DNA of 64,000 nt, taken from Glaucostegus cemiculus (taxonomy: Eukaryota). This document shows positions 14,145-26,302 of this stretch, one piece after another; within the stretch, counting starts at the first letter, position 1; each line of letters opens with the position of its first letter. A program made the position numbers and the translations under genes. The notes beneath the pieces are model-generated. The model made no database searches. It saw only the letters and a program-made list of their open reading frames with translations, and was not told the DNA's origin. The stretch lies in assembly GCA_976551045.1 (NCBI GenBank), contig CDPCPM010000182.1, forward strand, positions 930,001 through 994,000, written 5' to 3'.

Positions 14145-14939
14145 GTAAAAACGTTTTATTATCTTAAATGATTTGGTCAGTTTATACCAGATTTTACAAA
14201 CATTGTATTAGTAAGTCTTTTCTCTAGAAAAATGATATTTGTTTCCTTGTTAATTTGGTACTTTGAAGAGTTTATTTAGGTGGGGAAATTTATAGGTCAT
14301 GTAGAACACTATCTTTAATCAGTTGATCCAACTACTATCAATTTGGTGTCTGAGTTGACCTGTACAAGCAAGTGAGCCATGCACCATTGCATTTCACAGG
14401 CTGAGAGTCGAGATTCAAATGAGTAGCTAAAAATGGCAGGCAGATCCAAAAACAAGACCATAATTTGGATATGAGTGTGCTCAATATCCAAATTATGGTC
14501 TGTTTGCAGTTTTAAACTGTTGCTTTTTAATCTTGTTATCTTTTGAAAGTTGTAATTTCTATATTTGAGGATCTGACCTATTTGCCTTGTTGAAGGTGCA
14601 GATGAGTTTGCTGAAGCTGACAGTTCTGATTTTTGTCAACAGATTCCATATTGGAATCTCAGGGAATTTGAGTGAAGGTCTTGACCATTTTAGTCATTAG
14701 TGTTCCCTTTACTGAATGTAAGAAACTAAACTCTAGTACCACTTCATGATTTCAAAATATCCCCACACCCTTTACAGCCAATGAAATCCTTGCAAAGATC
14801 AATTGCCTTGAAACATACAATGATATTTATATAGCATCTTTTACATGGAAAAATTATCGTTCAAAATCATAAGCAAAGAAGCAGGTCCTTCAACTTGAGT
14901 CTGTGCCAGCAGTCAAAGGCGCATTTATACTAATCCTAA

Positions 14940-15180
14940 AATAATCCCTTTTCCTCCCCACATTCCTATCAACTCCACTCACCTACATACTACATGGCTA
15001 ATCATGAACCCACTGTCTTTGGGAGGTGGGAGGAAACCAGAGCACCCGGAGGAAACCCACGTGGTCACGGAAAATGTGAAAACTCTATATACATGTGCAC
15101 ACAGCCTTGAGCTCACACTTGAACCTAGATTGGTGGAGTTGTGAGGCAGCAGCTCCCTTAGCTGTACCACTGTGGTACCC
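14940..15180 (-). mobile_element. HE1-like SINE
   Basis: ctttgggaggtgggaggaaaccagagcacccggaggaaacccacgtggtcacgg on + is the reverse of the SINE core; tRNA-like head on - strand. Confidence 0.7.
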
Positions 15181-16674
15181 CAAAATATCTTGGAACATTA
15201 TTGAACAAAAATTGACCCAGAGCCTCGTGACATTAGGACAGGTGACCAAAGTGGTGGATTTAAAGGCATATCTCAGAGGTGGAGACATTTAGAGGAAATT
15301 ACAGAACTTGAGACCTTGGCAGCTGAAGGCATATATTCCAATGAATGAGCAGTAAAAAACAAAATCGGGTGTTTAAGTTAGAGAGTGCAGATGATAATTT
15401 CAAAATGAAGTTTGAGTAGGACTGTCGACACTAGGTGATGGCGATCAGAAGTTAGCGAGAGTTGAGACAAGCAGCAAATTTTTACGTGTCTTCCAGTTTA
15501 TGGTGAATGGACTGGTCTGGGTGAGGATTTTAGTGGCTGGCCAAGCTAAGGAAAGGATGGATATCAGGGAAATGAAAGATCTTAGCAATGGCATAGTCTG
15601 ATGCTCTTCTCTGGATTAACCAGAACATCAAGATTGCAACCAGTCTTATTCCATTTCAGTCAGTTGCCAGGGAAATGGATGGAGCTGGTAACAAAGGAAT
15701 ACGTTTGTGACTAGGACATGAAGACAATGACTTCAAACTTTCCAACATAGTGATGTATTCTGTGTTGTCAGTCCTGAATAGAATGGTTTGGATACACATC
15801 ACAGAAGGAGCTGTTATCCTGCTCTTCAATCCAGATTAACATTTTCTACATTTATTTTCCAACCACAAATTGAGTGATTGAAAAGAGTCAAAAACAATGG
15901 ATTGCTTCCTTCAAGAATAGCTTTGTTCATGGAATTGAGAGCTGGTAGTTGAGATAGCATTGGGATTAAGTATTTTGGTGGATTTAATATTTTCCCCAGT
16001 TAAACTTAGGTTTGGGTTTATTCAAAATTCTGTTATACATTTCCTAATATACATTGTATATCAATATTAGGGTTTGGCCATTTGGCCCTGAGCGCCTATT
16101 CTGCTATTCAGGTTCAGATTAGTATATTGTCATACACCCCAGGGTGCAGTGAAATTCCTTGCTCAATCATGATCCTAATCAGCTAGCTCATGACTGATCT
16201 TCTACCTCACTTATTCTCCTGCCTTCTCCCCATATCCTTTGATTTCTTTATCAGCTTCTAGTTTGTCAATTCCTCAATTTTGAAATTCACAACTTTTGTT
16301 TCCAGTCTGTTCTTGCCTTTGCCCTTCCTTCTTTCCAGCTCCACAATCTCAAATTGCTGTTTGCCTCCAATTCTGGCTCTTGAGCAGCTCTAATTCCTTG
16401 GTCTACCATTAGATGCTGTGAGCTCTGGAATTTGCTCCCTAAATCCCTCTGCCTCATCTTTTAAGATACTAATTTAATTTTTTTTGATAACTTGTCCTAG
16501 TTTCTCTATACTGAGGATCATAATTTTCTCCTGTGAAATGCCTTCTGATATTTAGCATTATTTTAAATGCATATTGCTATTATGTGGCCTCGCATGTTGC
16601 CACCTGGTTTGGTTTCTGCAAGTCACTGTAGCTCAAATTTTGTCAAGTAGCTGAATGAATGAAAAACAAAAAAA

Positions 16675-16855
16675 AAACTGCAGATGCTGGAAATCTAAAA
16701 TAAGAACAGAAAATGCTGGAAATACTCAACAGGTCAAGCTGCACCTGTTGGAAGAGAAACCAAGTTAACATTTCAAGTTCAACCCTGAAATGTTAACTTT
16801 GTTTATTTTCCTACAGATGCAGCCTGATCTGCTGAGTATTTCCAGCTTTTTGATG
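16675..16855. mobile_element. Penelope-derived fold-back (inverted-repeat) element
   Basis: Arms gctggaaatactca (16715-16728)/tgagtatttccagc (16833-16846) and aagttaacatttca (16762-16775)/tgaaatgttaactt (16786-16799); similar to the end of the Penelope fragment at 35450-35585. Confidence 0.7.
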
Positions 16856-19800
16856 TTGTTATATCTGAATTAATAGGTGAGTCTTGGGAACTGGTGTGTA
16901 TATATTTTTTAAAAAAGCAGCTTGAGACAGAGTAATTCCAGAAAGGATCCTGTTGATTTTGCTTATTCGAAGCAGTTGGTGTTACTAATCTCTGTCCTGG
17001 AGTAGGGAAGAGAAAAATCAGATAAATATGGCGACACTTTATTGGCATCCATTGGAAGTCTGCACATTTTGACAATCATGGATAGTGAGCTTGGGCAGAG
17101 GCCCTTTGCACTCTGCAATCATTGCAGCAGCAGCACTAGTCAACTTTTGAAACACTGAAAACTCCTTTTCTGAATGGGTTATTACAGAGCAGCAAATGCC
17201 CAATCAGCAAAATTCTTCAGTATGGCAGCATCCTAGAATTGTGGAATCATTTGCTGGCTCTGAAAAAGTCTATTGCCGTACACTGGTTTTACAAGTATAA
17301 CACTTTCCTCTCTGAAAGTTGTCATTAAACTAGTGTCCACCAGCATTTTAAACAGTGCAGTCCAAATCACAATGATGCTTTTGGGGGTGGGGGGGGGGGA
17401 AAGCAATCATCCCTGAGACTTGTTTTTGCCAATTTAAGTCCATGACCTCTGATTTCTGTTTTGAAGCATCTCCATTTCCTTTATTACTGCTTTGTAAGTT
17501 TGAACACTTTAATCTTTGCTTTAATCAGAACGATCCCAGTTTTTTTAGCCTCATTTTGGTAGATCTTCTATTCGCTCTCACTGAGATCTTGATATTCATG
17601 AATGAGATGAGAAAGGAAAATATGAACTTGTTTGTTATCTGTATTGCATCACCCTGTGTAGATAAAATTTGTTAATGATTGCTTTCTTTTCCTTTTAAGT
17701 TGAAAATATTAATTGGGTTATCTTTGGTGCAGCTTTTAGTTGTATTCTTTATCATGGCCCAATGATGGTTGAAGCAATAGATGTTGCTTGTTGTGATGAG
17801 CATCGTGTCTGAACCTCAGGAGAGGATTTTATAACAAACATGCTGTCAACTCACCAGAGAGCAAGTTTAATAGGGCCACATAATGGAAAAGGAAAAATGA
17901 CATTCATCACAAAGCCAGCAGGCAGATGTGTTAATTATGCAAGCACAGGAAATATGTAAATTGGTATTAATCTCACTCAGGGTCAAAAATTCCGCTAGTC
18001 CCAGACTGGGACCAGCAGAAATTATTCTTCAAAGTCTGAGCTAATGGATGTGAAACCAGAGACAAAATAATGCATTCTTCAGTGTTCAAATGAGATTTAA
18101 AAACTTGGTGCTATATCATGGATGGCATTAGCACATTTCAAAGGTGTTTGCTCTTCAAAACTACTTCATTGGCTGTAAAGCATTTTGAGATATTGAGAAT
18201 ACAAAAGGCACTAAATATGAATGCAAATTTTGTATTTTTGCATTGTAAAAACTGGCCCAGATCCCTTGTTTAGGAGCCCTGCATCAATTGGCAGGGCAAC
18301 ACTTTAGTAAATATAACCAGAATAATATATAGAGGGTACTGTTGTATAGATTTTTAGTCTATATTAAATATTTTAGTATTGAAAAAAAATCGGCAGGTGA
18401 AAATTAGCAAGTGGGAAATGGATTGCTTTAGTTTTGAATATTTTTTCCCTATATTTGTGCTTTGACACTAAATAAAACTTTAATGCAGTCATCAATGATG
18501 ACAGGGTGGCTAGCTGCAGTCTTGATCTTTAATTGCTTTATAGTATGCCTGTGTATTGGAGTGAAGGAAATTCACTCCTTTCCTATTCAGCCTTTGAATT
18601 CCTTTCTGAAAACTGTTTCCAGGAACAATGTCAGGAGGTTCTCCTGGGTAAATATGACTAAAGGAGGGATCATAGATGGCTTTAAGAGAAGTGTTTTTTC
18701 TTGTGAATGCAGAGTCAATGATTTTTACTGCATGGTAAACAGAAATTGTACAATAAAGAATGCAGTTTTAGTTTCTCACCTTGATAAGTGCTGATCTCAT
18801 ACCAGAGTACAGTTGCTTCAGCACTTGTAGCATTTTGGTAACTCATGTAGATGATAAATGTTGGCAAGATATTCAATAGTAGACTAAAGCAGCATGATCT
18901 TGTCCATACTCCACATGCCTGACACTTGCTGCCCACTCTTCCCATTAGGATTTCTTAAGTCCACAATTGTAATAGGAACAGTGTAAATTGTTGCATTACA
19001 ATTATATTCTACTGCCAGTGGAGATGCTGCAGCATTACTAGGTCTTGTTGAAGCATGAATAATTTACATAGGTAGTGCCCATTATCATCACAGATACAAC
19101 AATTTTAAATGAAAATGCTTTTAAAATGAGGACAATTACATGTGCAAACCCCGATCTTCAGTAGCTCTGTCATCTATTAACACTTGCTCATCTCGAGGTG
19201 GTTGGTGTTGACTTTTCCTGTATAGAATCATGGAAAATTGACTGATGTAGGTCCTCATTGCAGCAGTGGTTCTTGAGTGGTCATAGAGGGCATCTTGCAA
19301 ATTTAATCCTCATCTCCAGTCCAATTGATACATCTATATCACAACCTTAGTGTACACTCAAACCAAGAGTATTTCAAACGTGTTCGAAGCAACAACACAA
19401 TCAAGGTGCATTCATTCTGAGCTGTTGTGGGCACTAGACAGATATTCCTTTTGAGGGATTGATCTTTATTGAGTTATGACATTTGATACCAGACATGTAA
19501 GCAGAGCTGTTGCACCATGGTATGGGTAGATCCTTGGTACTTAATTCGTATTCTCCTAATTTGGGAACACTGTTCTCTGGTGTTGTATTGGCTGCCCAAC
19601 ATCACTTCACTTGCAAGGGCATTCTTCATTTGAGTCCAGATATTGAGAATTGGCTGGTCATTCAACCATATGCAGGCATTGCAGACAATTCAGCTTACAG
19701 CTAGTACATTTGGTATATAGGTACACGTACCTTCCAACAGGTCAGTTCTGTCTCTTAGTGATCAGAACAGAAAATCAAGGCTAACTCTCCTTCCCTTAAC

Positions 19801-20929
19801 TCCATACTCTCCCATACCACCCTCACCCACCCAGACAAAGGAAACATTTATTCTGGGTAAGTTTTAGGTTCCCCTACTTCGAATTATCTTGCTGCTTGAT
19901 TTTCTTACAAACTTGCAAGGTAGGTGCAATCTCTTTCTCACTTCTTATCTGAAGAATGATTCTTTATGAACCGAAGACTTATCTAATGTTCGAGGTATAG
20001 TTTTTCATTTATAATTCATGGAAGATTTATATCTGTTATAACTTAAATTGGAAACTTTTAGGCTACAGCAATCAGGTTTTCTTTTCTACGAAAACTAGCC
20101 ATGTAGAGTTCGAACCACCACTGATGAAATGGAAAGTTGCTCATAAATCAATGTCCGCTGCTGTGCTTGCTATGCATCAGCAGTTAGCCTGCAGCGTGTT
20201 GAATAACAAAGCAGTAAGGCTTGTGTGCCAACACTGCCCCCTAATGTTTTTGTAAAATATTTTTAAGAAGTGAACAATAGGTACACAATTCTAAATTTGT
20301 ACTGGATTTTGCACCAACATGTGTTCAGGTGGAATTTTTGAATGACTTTTGTGGGAATTGTTGAATAGGCAGTTGTGTACACATCACATTGAAGGAGCGG
20401 TCAGTGCATCTAACTTGACTGGTTGTCAACTTCAAAAGATTTATTATTCTACCACCCCACACATGCTTTCAATTTCTACTAATTGTGTACGTGCATATGT
20501 GTGTGTTTTTTTGCAGTCACTGCAAAAGGAATACAGTATCAGACCACACTGGATCAGAATGCTCTGGATGCTGGTATTGATACTGTGGTCCTGATCTTGT
20601 AACTGGTGGGGCAGAATTTCTGAAGATGTTTATTCTGCAGTTGTACTTCAAAATTAAAGCAAAACTGCCAAATGTAATCTTGCACTGCTTCATCTCTATC
20701 TGAATGCTTAAAGTCACTTCACATTTGTTTAAGTAGCAGTTTATCTTAAAAGGTTAAGAGATAACCCAATTTTAAAAATGTGTTGATATGAAGATCAGGC
20801 TAATTTTGATGTCACCAGCAAAATGTTGACTATATTTTGGGGCATGTTTCCCTGACAGTAAACCCACTTTTTTTTTTTACAGTAATGTATTTCATAAAGG
20901 AACAGATGTTAAAATCGGATTAGTACCTC

Positions 20930-21072
20930 AAATGCTATGTGTACATGTGTTGTCTGTTGGATACTCTGTACAGGGCTATGTCTACATTGTACATGCCGGT
21001 GATTTGTGTGCAGGGCTATATGTACATTGTGCTGTATGTTGGGTTCGGTGTGTATATTGTGCTGTACTTCGT
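20930..21072 (+). repeat. Degenerate minisatellite (~30-40 nt unit)
   Basis: Recurrent gctatgtgtacat / cagggctatgtctacattgt / cagggctatatgtacattgtgctgta / tgtatattgtgctgta. Confidence 0.55.
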
Positions 21073-23561
21073 TTGAAATTAGATTGTTAACTGATTTCAA
21101 AATAGACTGAGATCACACTATATTTCCATTCTTGATTAACCTAACTATAGTTCTAACCATACACCCCCTTTCTTCTCTTCCCCAACCTTCTACATTCTCT
21201 TCATCCTCCCAACCCTCCATCACAGTCACCATCACCTGCTAATATTCCAAACTGGAGAGTTGATTGAACGTATAAAAATGTAGTTAAGATTATAAAACAG
21301 CAGATTGTCCTCAATTTATGTTCTCGGAATATTCTTGTGATGTGAAACAAAACAGGATTCCTCCTTGAAATCTGCTTGTCTCGTGTGCATCCTGTTTCTT
21401 AGTTACTATAAGAATGTTGAGGTGTAGTGTGCAGTGTTTTCAAATGCAACCTCCCGAGGGAGGCTGGAAGGAAGTGGACAGCCATGCTTTTAAAATGCTT
21501 TTGTTATGCAGACAGCCAGGCCCTTCGACCCTTGCAGACAGAGCTGGCATGAGAATGTGATGTTGGTTGAAGTGTTTACATTGATGCTGCGTCTGCTGCT
21601 ACATTATCCAGAAAGTATCTGTCAGAAACATTAGTGCAAGAAGTTGCAATCGCTGCAAGGATTTGATTCATGTCTGAGAAATTACTGCCAATTGGGAGGT
21701 TTTGTGAGGTCTTGGATTTCCTGGGAGTGCCTTTTTATTTCCAAGGTTTTTTTGAGTACTTATGGCAATAGTGTTACAGTAGCTCCTGCATAAAATTCCC
21801 TAAATTTATTTGAGCTTCTGTTCAGTTAACCCTTGCATGAGCTTTTTGACTGGGAGGATGTATTTTGGATAAAGGAGAAATGTATAATTTAAGTGTCTTG
21901 TAGAATATTAAATGACTAAATTCAACGAAATAAATCTGGATGCAAAAACATTTTCTAGTTGAGCACTCACTCCATCAGGTCAGATTTAATGAATTGAATT
22001 ATTCTAACAAGGTGGATGTTTTGTCTTTCTGATTCTATTAATTTCCATTCTCTGGAAAGGCCATTCTCAGTTTTCTGCTGATTTTTGTCAGGCTCTCTTC
22101 CATGACTACACTGGGAATGACAAGGTTGTTTTTTTCCATTATGTTATGTATAAAGAAAAGCTCCCCAAATGGCTCAGTGAATAAATGCACTGTCTCTTGT
22201 ATTGCTGAGGCAAATAGATAAAAAAATATGGTAGATTCTGTTCTAAGTCTGTGTTTGCGTACCAGTAGTTGGCCTCAGCTGAATTGTAATTTCAATGTTA
22301 GTATCAACTCCAGAGGGGATTGGGGGGTGGGGTGGGGTGGTGTGGGGGTGGGATGAATTTTTTTTTAAACATCAGCCTTTTGCATAATACGGGGATTCCA
22401 GATGAGAAGAACGGACAAGACAGAGCTGAGTTTTGCTGTTGATCCTTTTGGTTGAATACAATGTCAGGCTTATGAGATGTCCTATTGGTGCTTGATGGAA
22501 TTGCATCCCTGGAGAAGATTTTACCTTCAGGAGAGGTGGAAGAGGAGGAAATTGCCTTCTTTGGGTGGTTAATTATCAGTATTCCAGACTCAGGCAGCTT
22601 GTGGTAGTGCAGTTTTAATTTGATTGTTGTAGGTGATGGAAGCCTATAGCTGTGATTATTCTATCCTTGGCTTCTGAGTTCCACTTTTAACCAGCCATTG
22701 AAATCTTATTTAAACTGAAATTTTTATAAGTGACATGGTGTTTAATTTCGGTTTTGTTTTTGTTGCAGAGCTAAAGGAAACTGATTAGTTAATGGACAAG
22801 TTGGGGGAGGAGTTTCTGCATGTAAGGTCCTCCTCCTGGTCCTCATTTCCCCTTTCCCTCCCTCCCCTCCCTCTCTCCTTCTCCCCCCTGCCCCCCCCAC
22901 CCATGTCTTGAATTTATTTTCTCCCATCTGCAAAGTTTAATGTGAAACCTGAATCCCAGAATTCAATAACGTGCAGAACTGGTGATGATTACAGGGACTT
23001 ACAGAGAAGCTTCTTCTCGTAAGTCTAGAAATGGAAATGGTTGGCTCAGTATCAAACTAATTGGTTCAAAAGCTTTATTTACTGTGTTTTGCCATGAATC
23101 TTTTAATGAAATGATGAGATGTAAATTCTGTAGTGTGTTCCGTTCTCACCAACACAAAAGAACTACAGGTGCAAATGCATTCCGGCTTCATTAACTTCCA
23201 CTCCCTTTTAATTTGCGTAATTTCATTTTCTCTCTTGCTCGTTGCTGTTAATTAGGGCACCCTCTAATCAGTACTATTTATCACAGTGGTACTCATGTTT
23301 GGTAAAGCTGCTTTGCAGAATTGCTAAATGACTAATTAATGTCTGTTAATTAAGAAAATTGCTCGTGGTAACAAACTACATTGTCGCTGGCAGCAGCCTA
23401 GAGACTAACACTTGTTGAAAGCACAAACATGGCGGGTCTGCAACAGCTGTTATACTTTTTTTTTAAAATTCTTTTTGAATGGCTCTACAATTCTCCGAGC
23501 CTCCTGCAACTTGATGCACTGACGCTGTAACCCCCCTCCTCTGCTCTCTAACCTCTCGCAG

Positions 23562-23642
23562 GGACCCCCAGGTTCTCAACCCTCGCCACATACACAGCCG
23601 CCTCCTCACAATCCTAACAACATGATGGGACCCCACAATCAG
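23562..23642 (+). CDS. SSBP3: SSBP3 exon 6 (GPPGSQPSPHTQPPPHNPNNMMGPHNQ), cassette-type
   Basis: ctctcgcag|GGA...AATCAG|gtaatg; 81 nt, symmetric phase 0/0. Confidence 0.95.
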
Positions 23643-26242
23643 GTAATGAGCTGATGCAGTTGCTTGGGTTCTTCACTTCAAAAGGGGCAAGAATTTCTAC
23701 ATTTGACTAATGATTTGACTTTGCTTGCTGTTCTTTTATGTACAAAACTCCTGATCAGGTTGTCCCCAGCAGTGAAGCTTCCGTTTAGGGCTCTTCTAAA
23801 TTTGATGGATTTGGTTTGGGCTTCTGCTAGCCCACAGTACACAATTACATATTAAAATAATTTTTCTTCTCTTGGTGTTCTTCTGGCCTCTCCCAAAAAT
23901 AGGTTGTGGTATGCCTGTCCTTGAGGGATGTGGCCACACTTCAGAGGTGACCCTTGTCAGTTGAATACAAGGAGACTCTTTGCACACGGAGGCCATCACA
24001 GCCAAGCCCAGCCCAGTCCTGTCCTGCCATCCACACAGACACATGCACATTTTTCCATAGGAATCGATGGATAATGAATAAAAGTAGGAATTCTGGTTGA
24101 TTATTGTTTCCTTACTCCATTCCTTCAAATCAGCCACCTGTCCCAAACCACCAACCACCCCTCTGCATTCACCTTTCAGGTCCAAAAGCACTGAAGTTAA
24201 TAGCACCTTAAGCTTTGCCCAGATTTGGGATAATTTGGCATTGAACTTGAGCTGAACCTTGGGCCTCTTAGTTCACATGGTTCAATTCCAACCTATATAG
24301 TGCATGTATCCACTGAGCCATCGGGTGGGGTGAAACCCTTGTCTTAAACTTGATGTCTTAAATTAATCTGATTGGCATGCTAGCATTTTCGGAACATGTG
24401 CAATTTCAGATGGCAGGACTAATTAGTTTAGTTTTTATTTGGAAACTTTGTAGGGTGGTGCGGTGGCTTGATTTTCAAAAGTACATGATCCATGGGGATT
24501 AAGAAGGTTCACTCGTGGGATAACCAGATTAGCTTTTACATAATATTTCCTTCCATGATTGTAAATACTTCTAAATGTACTTGGCTTAGTGCATAGTTCA
24601 CTGCCCTGATACTGGGTCTGTGAGCATTTTCATTTCTTTGAGTCTGGTTCAAAATTGAACGTGTTGATCTGTTTATTGATGAGTTATGTTATTGGTGATT
24701 TTTCTGTATGTATACGTCTGTGTCTCTGTATTAAATGTGCAGTATTTTGTTGCATGATTGTTATGCCATGTTATTTGCAGTGTTGAGGAAGCCCATCAAA
24801 ATGTTGCTGAGTCACTGAGTTCCTTGGCTATAGTGAGCTCACTGTCTACAGATGTGTGCATTTTACTCGTGTTTTGAATTGTTTAAACACAAGTCGGATG
24901 AGAAACAATTTACAAACTAATGATATTCCCAGCAACTTGTTACCGTACACAACTCCAGTTTTGTTTTATTAAAATTCCTATTTAATGTCTTTAAATGGTG
25001 AAGTTATGCACACACAATTTTATTCTAAAATAACTTGGCTTTATCCATTAATTCACTTCCCAGTCTGACCGAATATCTGTTTTATTCCTCTCTAATTTTA
25101 TTTGGCTGGTGCTGCTCCATAAAATCACTTAGTGATGCCCAGGCAAAGGCAGAGGATTTCTTTAGATTTTCCTTCCCTTCCAGTAGAATGGTGTGTTTTC
25201 AAAAAAAAAATTTGGCAAATATTGTTGTAAATCTTAGTCTTGCATAAGTTTTACCTGTTATGTGGATGCCTCAAATGTTTCAATGGGAACTTAGAATATT
25301 CTGTAATTATTTTCAAAAACTTCAAATTTCCAGCATACACAGTATTTTGTTTTTGTATAAATTTACCATGGCTTTGTTTGTTGGGAGGAAATTACCTTAT
25401 TTAGGTAAATTGTAAGATTGCTTATTGTCCACTTTAGTTTGTTCACAAAGTGAAACAAATTCTTTGTAACTGAACAAAAATTGAGTTGCATTTGATCTGT
25501 TTTTCTTTGCAACCTTTAGGCTCTCTTATCCTTTAAAGTTTAGTTGTAAAAGAGCAGCACCACTGTGAGGAGAAACATTGGCTGTGAACAGATTCCTTAG
25601 CACCAAATCAGTGTGTGACCCTAGAATACTTCACACTCCATTGTAAAGTGGAATATATTGCTTAATTATTCCAGACAGATTGTTATTTTGTGAAGGAAAA
25701 TGATTCAATTTTAAAGCTATAAAGGCCCTTCTTTGAAGGGTCAGGGAAGACATTGCAATATGCAGTATTCAATTTCTGTTTAACTTTATTTCTTTTGTGT
25801 GGTGCTGTTCATTGGGATATTTGAAAAGAAATTAAGTTTTTAAAGCATAGCATGTTGTTCAAAAAGTGAGTTGCGATTTTCTTTGTCACCTCAAAGTCCT
25901 CATCTTTATCCAGATGCAGTAATCAAGAAATGGCTATGGCAAGTGATTTATTGCCACAAGTGAAATCTCTCAGAAACCACTGTTTTCAATTCCACCTGGA
26001 CCTTGCATGCAAAGTTGCATGGATTGTAAATTGTACTGTGCACACTGAGAGTGCAGGAGTTCATAGGGTTTGTTAATTTACTGTATCACGCATCACCAAA
26101 TCACTTGCCTTGGCTATGGTAATTTTTTTAAGTTGTTGCATGAATTTGCAGTTTTTTCACTTGTATAACTATGTTTTAATTGAGCGAGATAAAACTGTTA
26201 TTTTAGCAGGTTGTAGATTTAACCAATTCTATGTGATTGCAG

Positions 26243-26302
26243 CCTTTTATGTCACCGCGATACGCAGGAGGTCCAAGGCCCCCAATCAGAATGGGAAGCC
26301 AG
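26243..26302 (+). CDS. SSBP3: SSBP3 exon 7 (PFMSPRYAGGPRPPIRMGSQ), cassette-type
   Basis: gattgcag|CCT...AGCCAG|gtactg; 60 nt, symmetric phase 0/0. Confidence 0.95.

Noticed and set aside
14940-15180. tRNA-like A/B-box sequence
   Set aside because: SINE head; no complete cloverleaf.
26200-26220. Possible 3-nt microexon ttttag|CAG|gttgta upstream of exon 7
   Set aside because: Very weak donor, and only ~30 nt from the exon 7 acceptor, too short for an intron.
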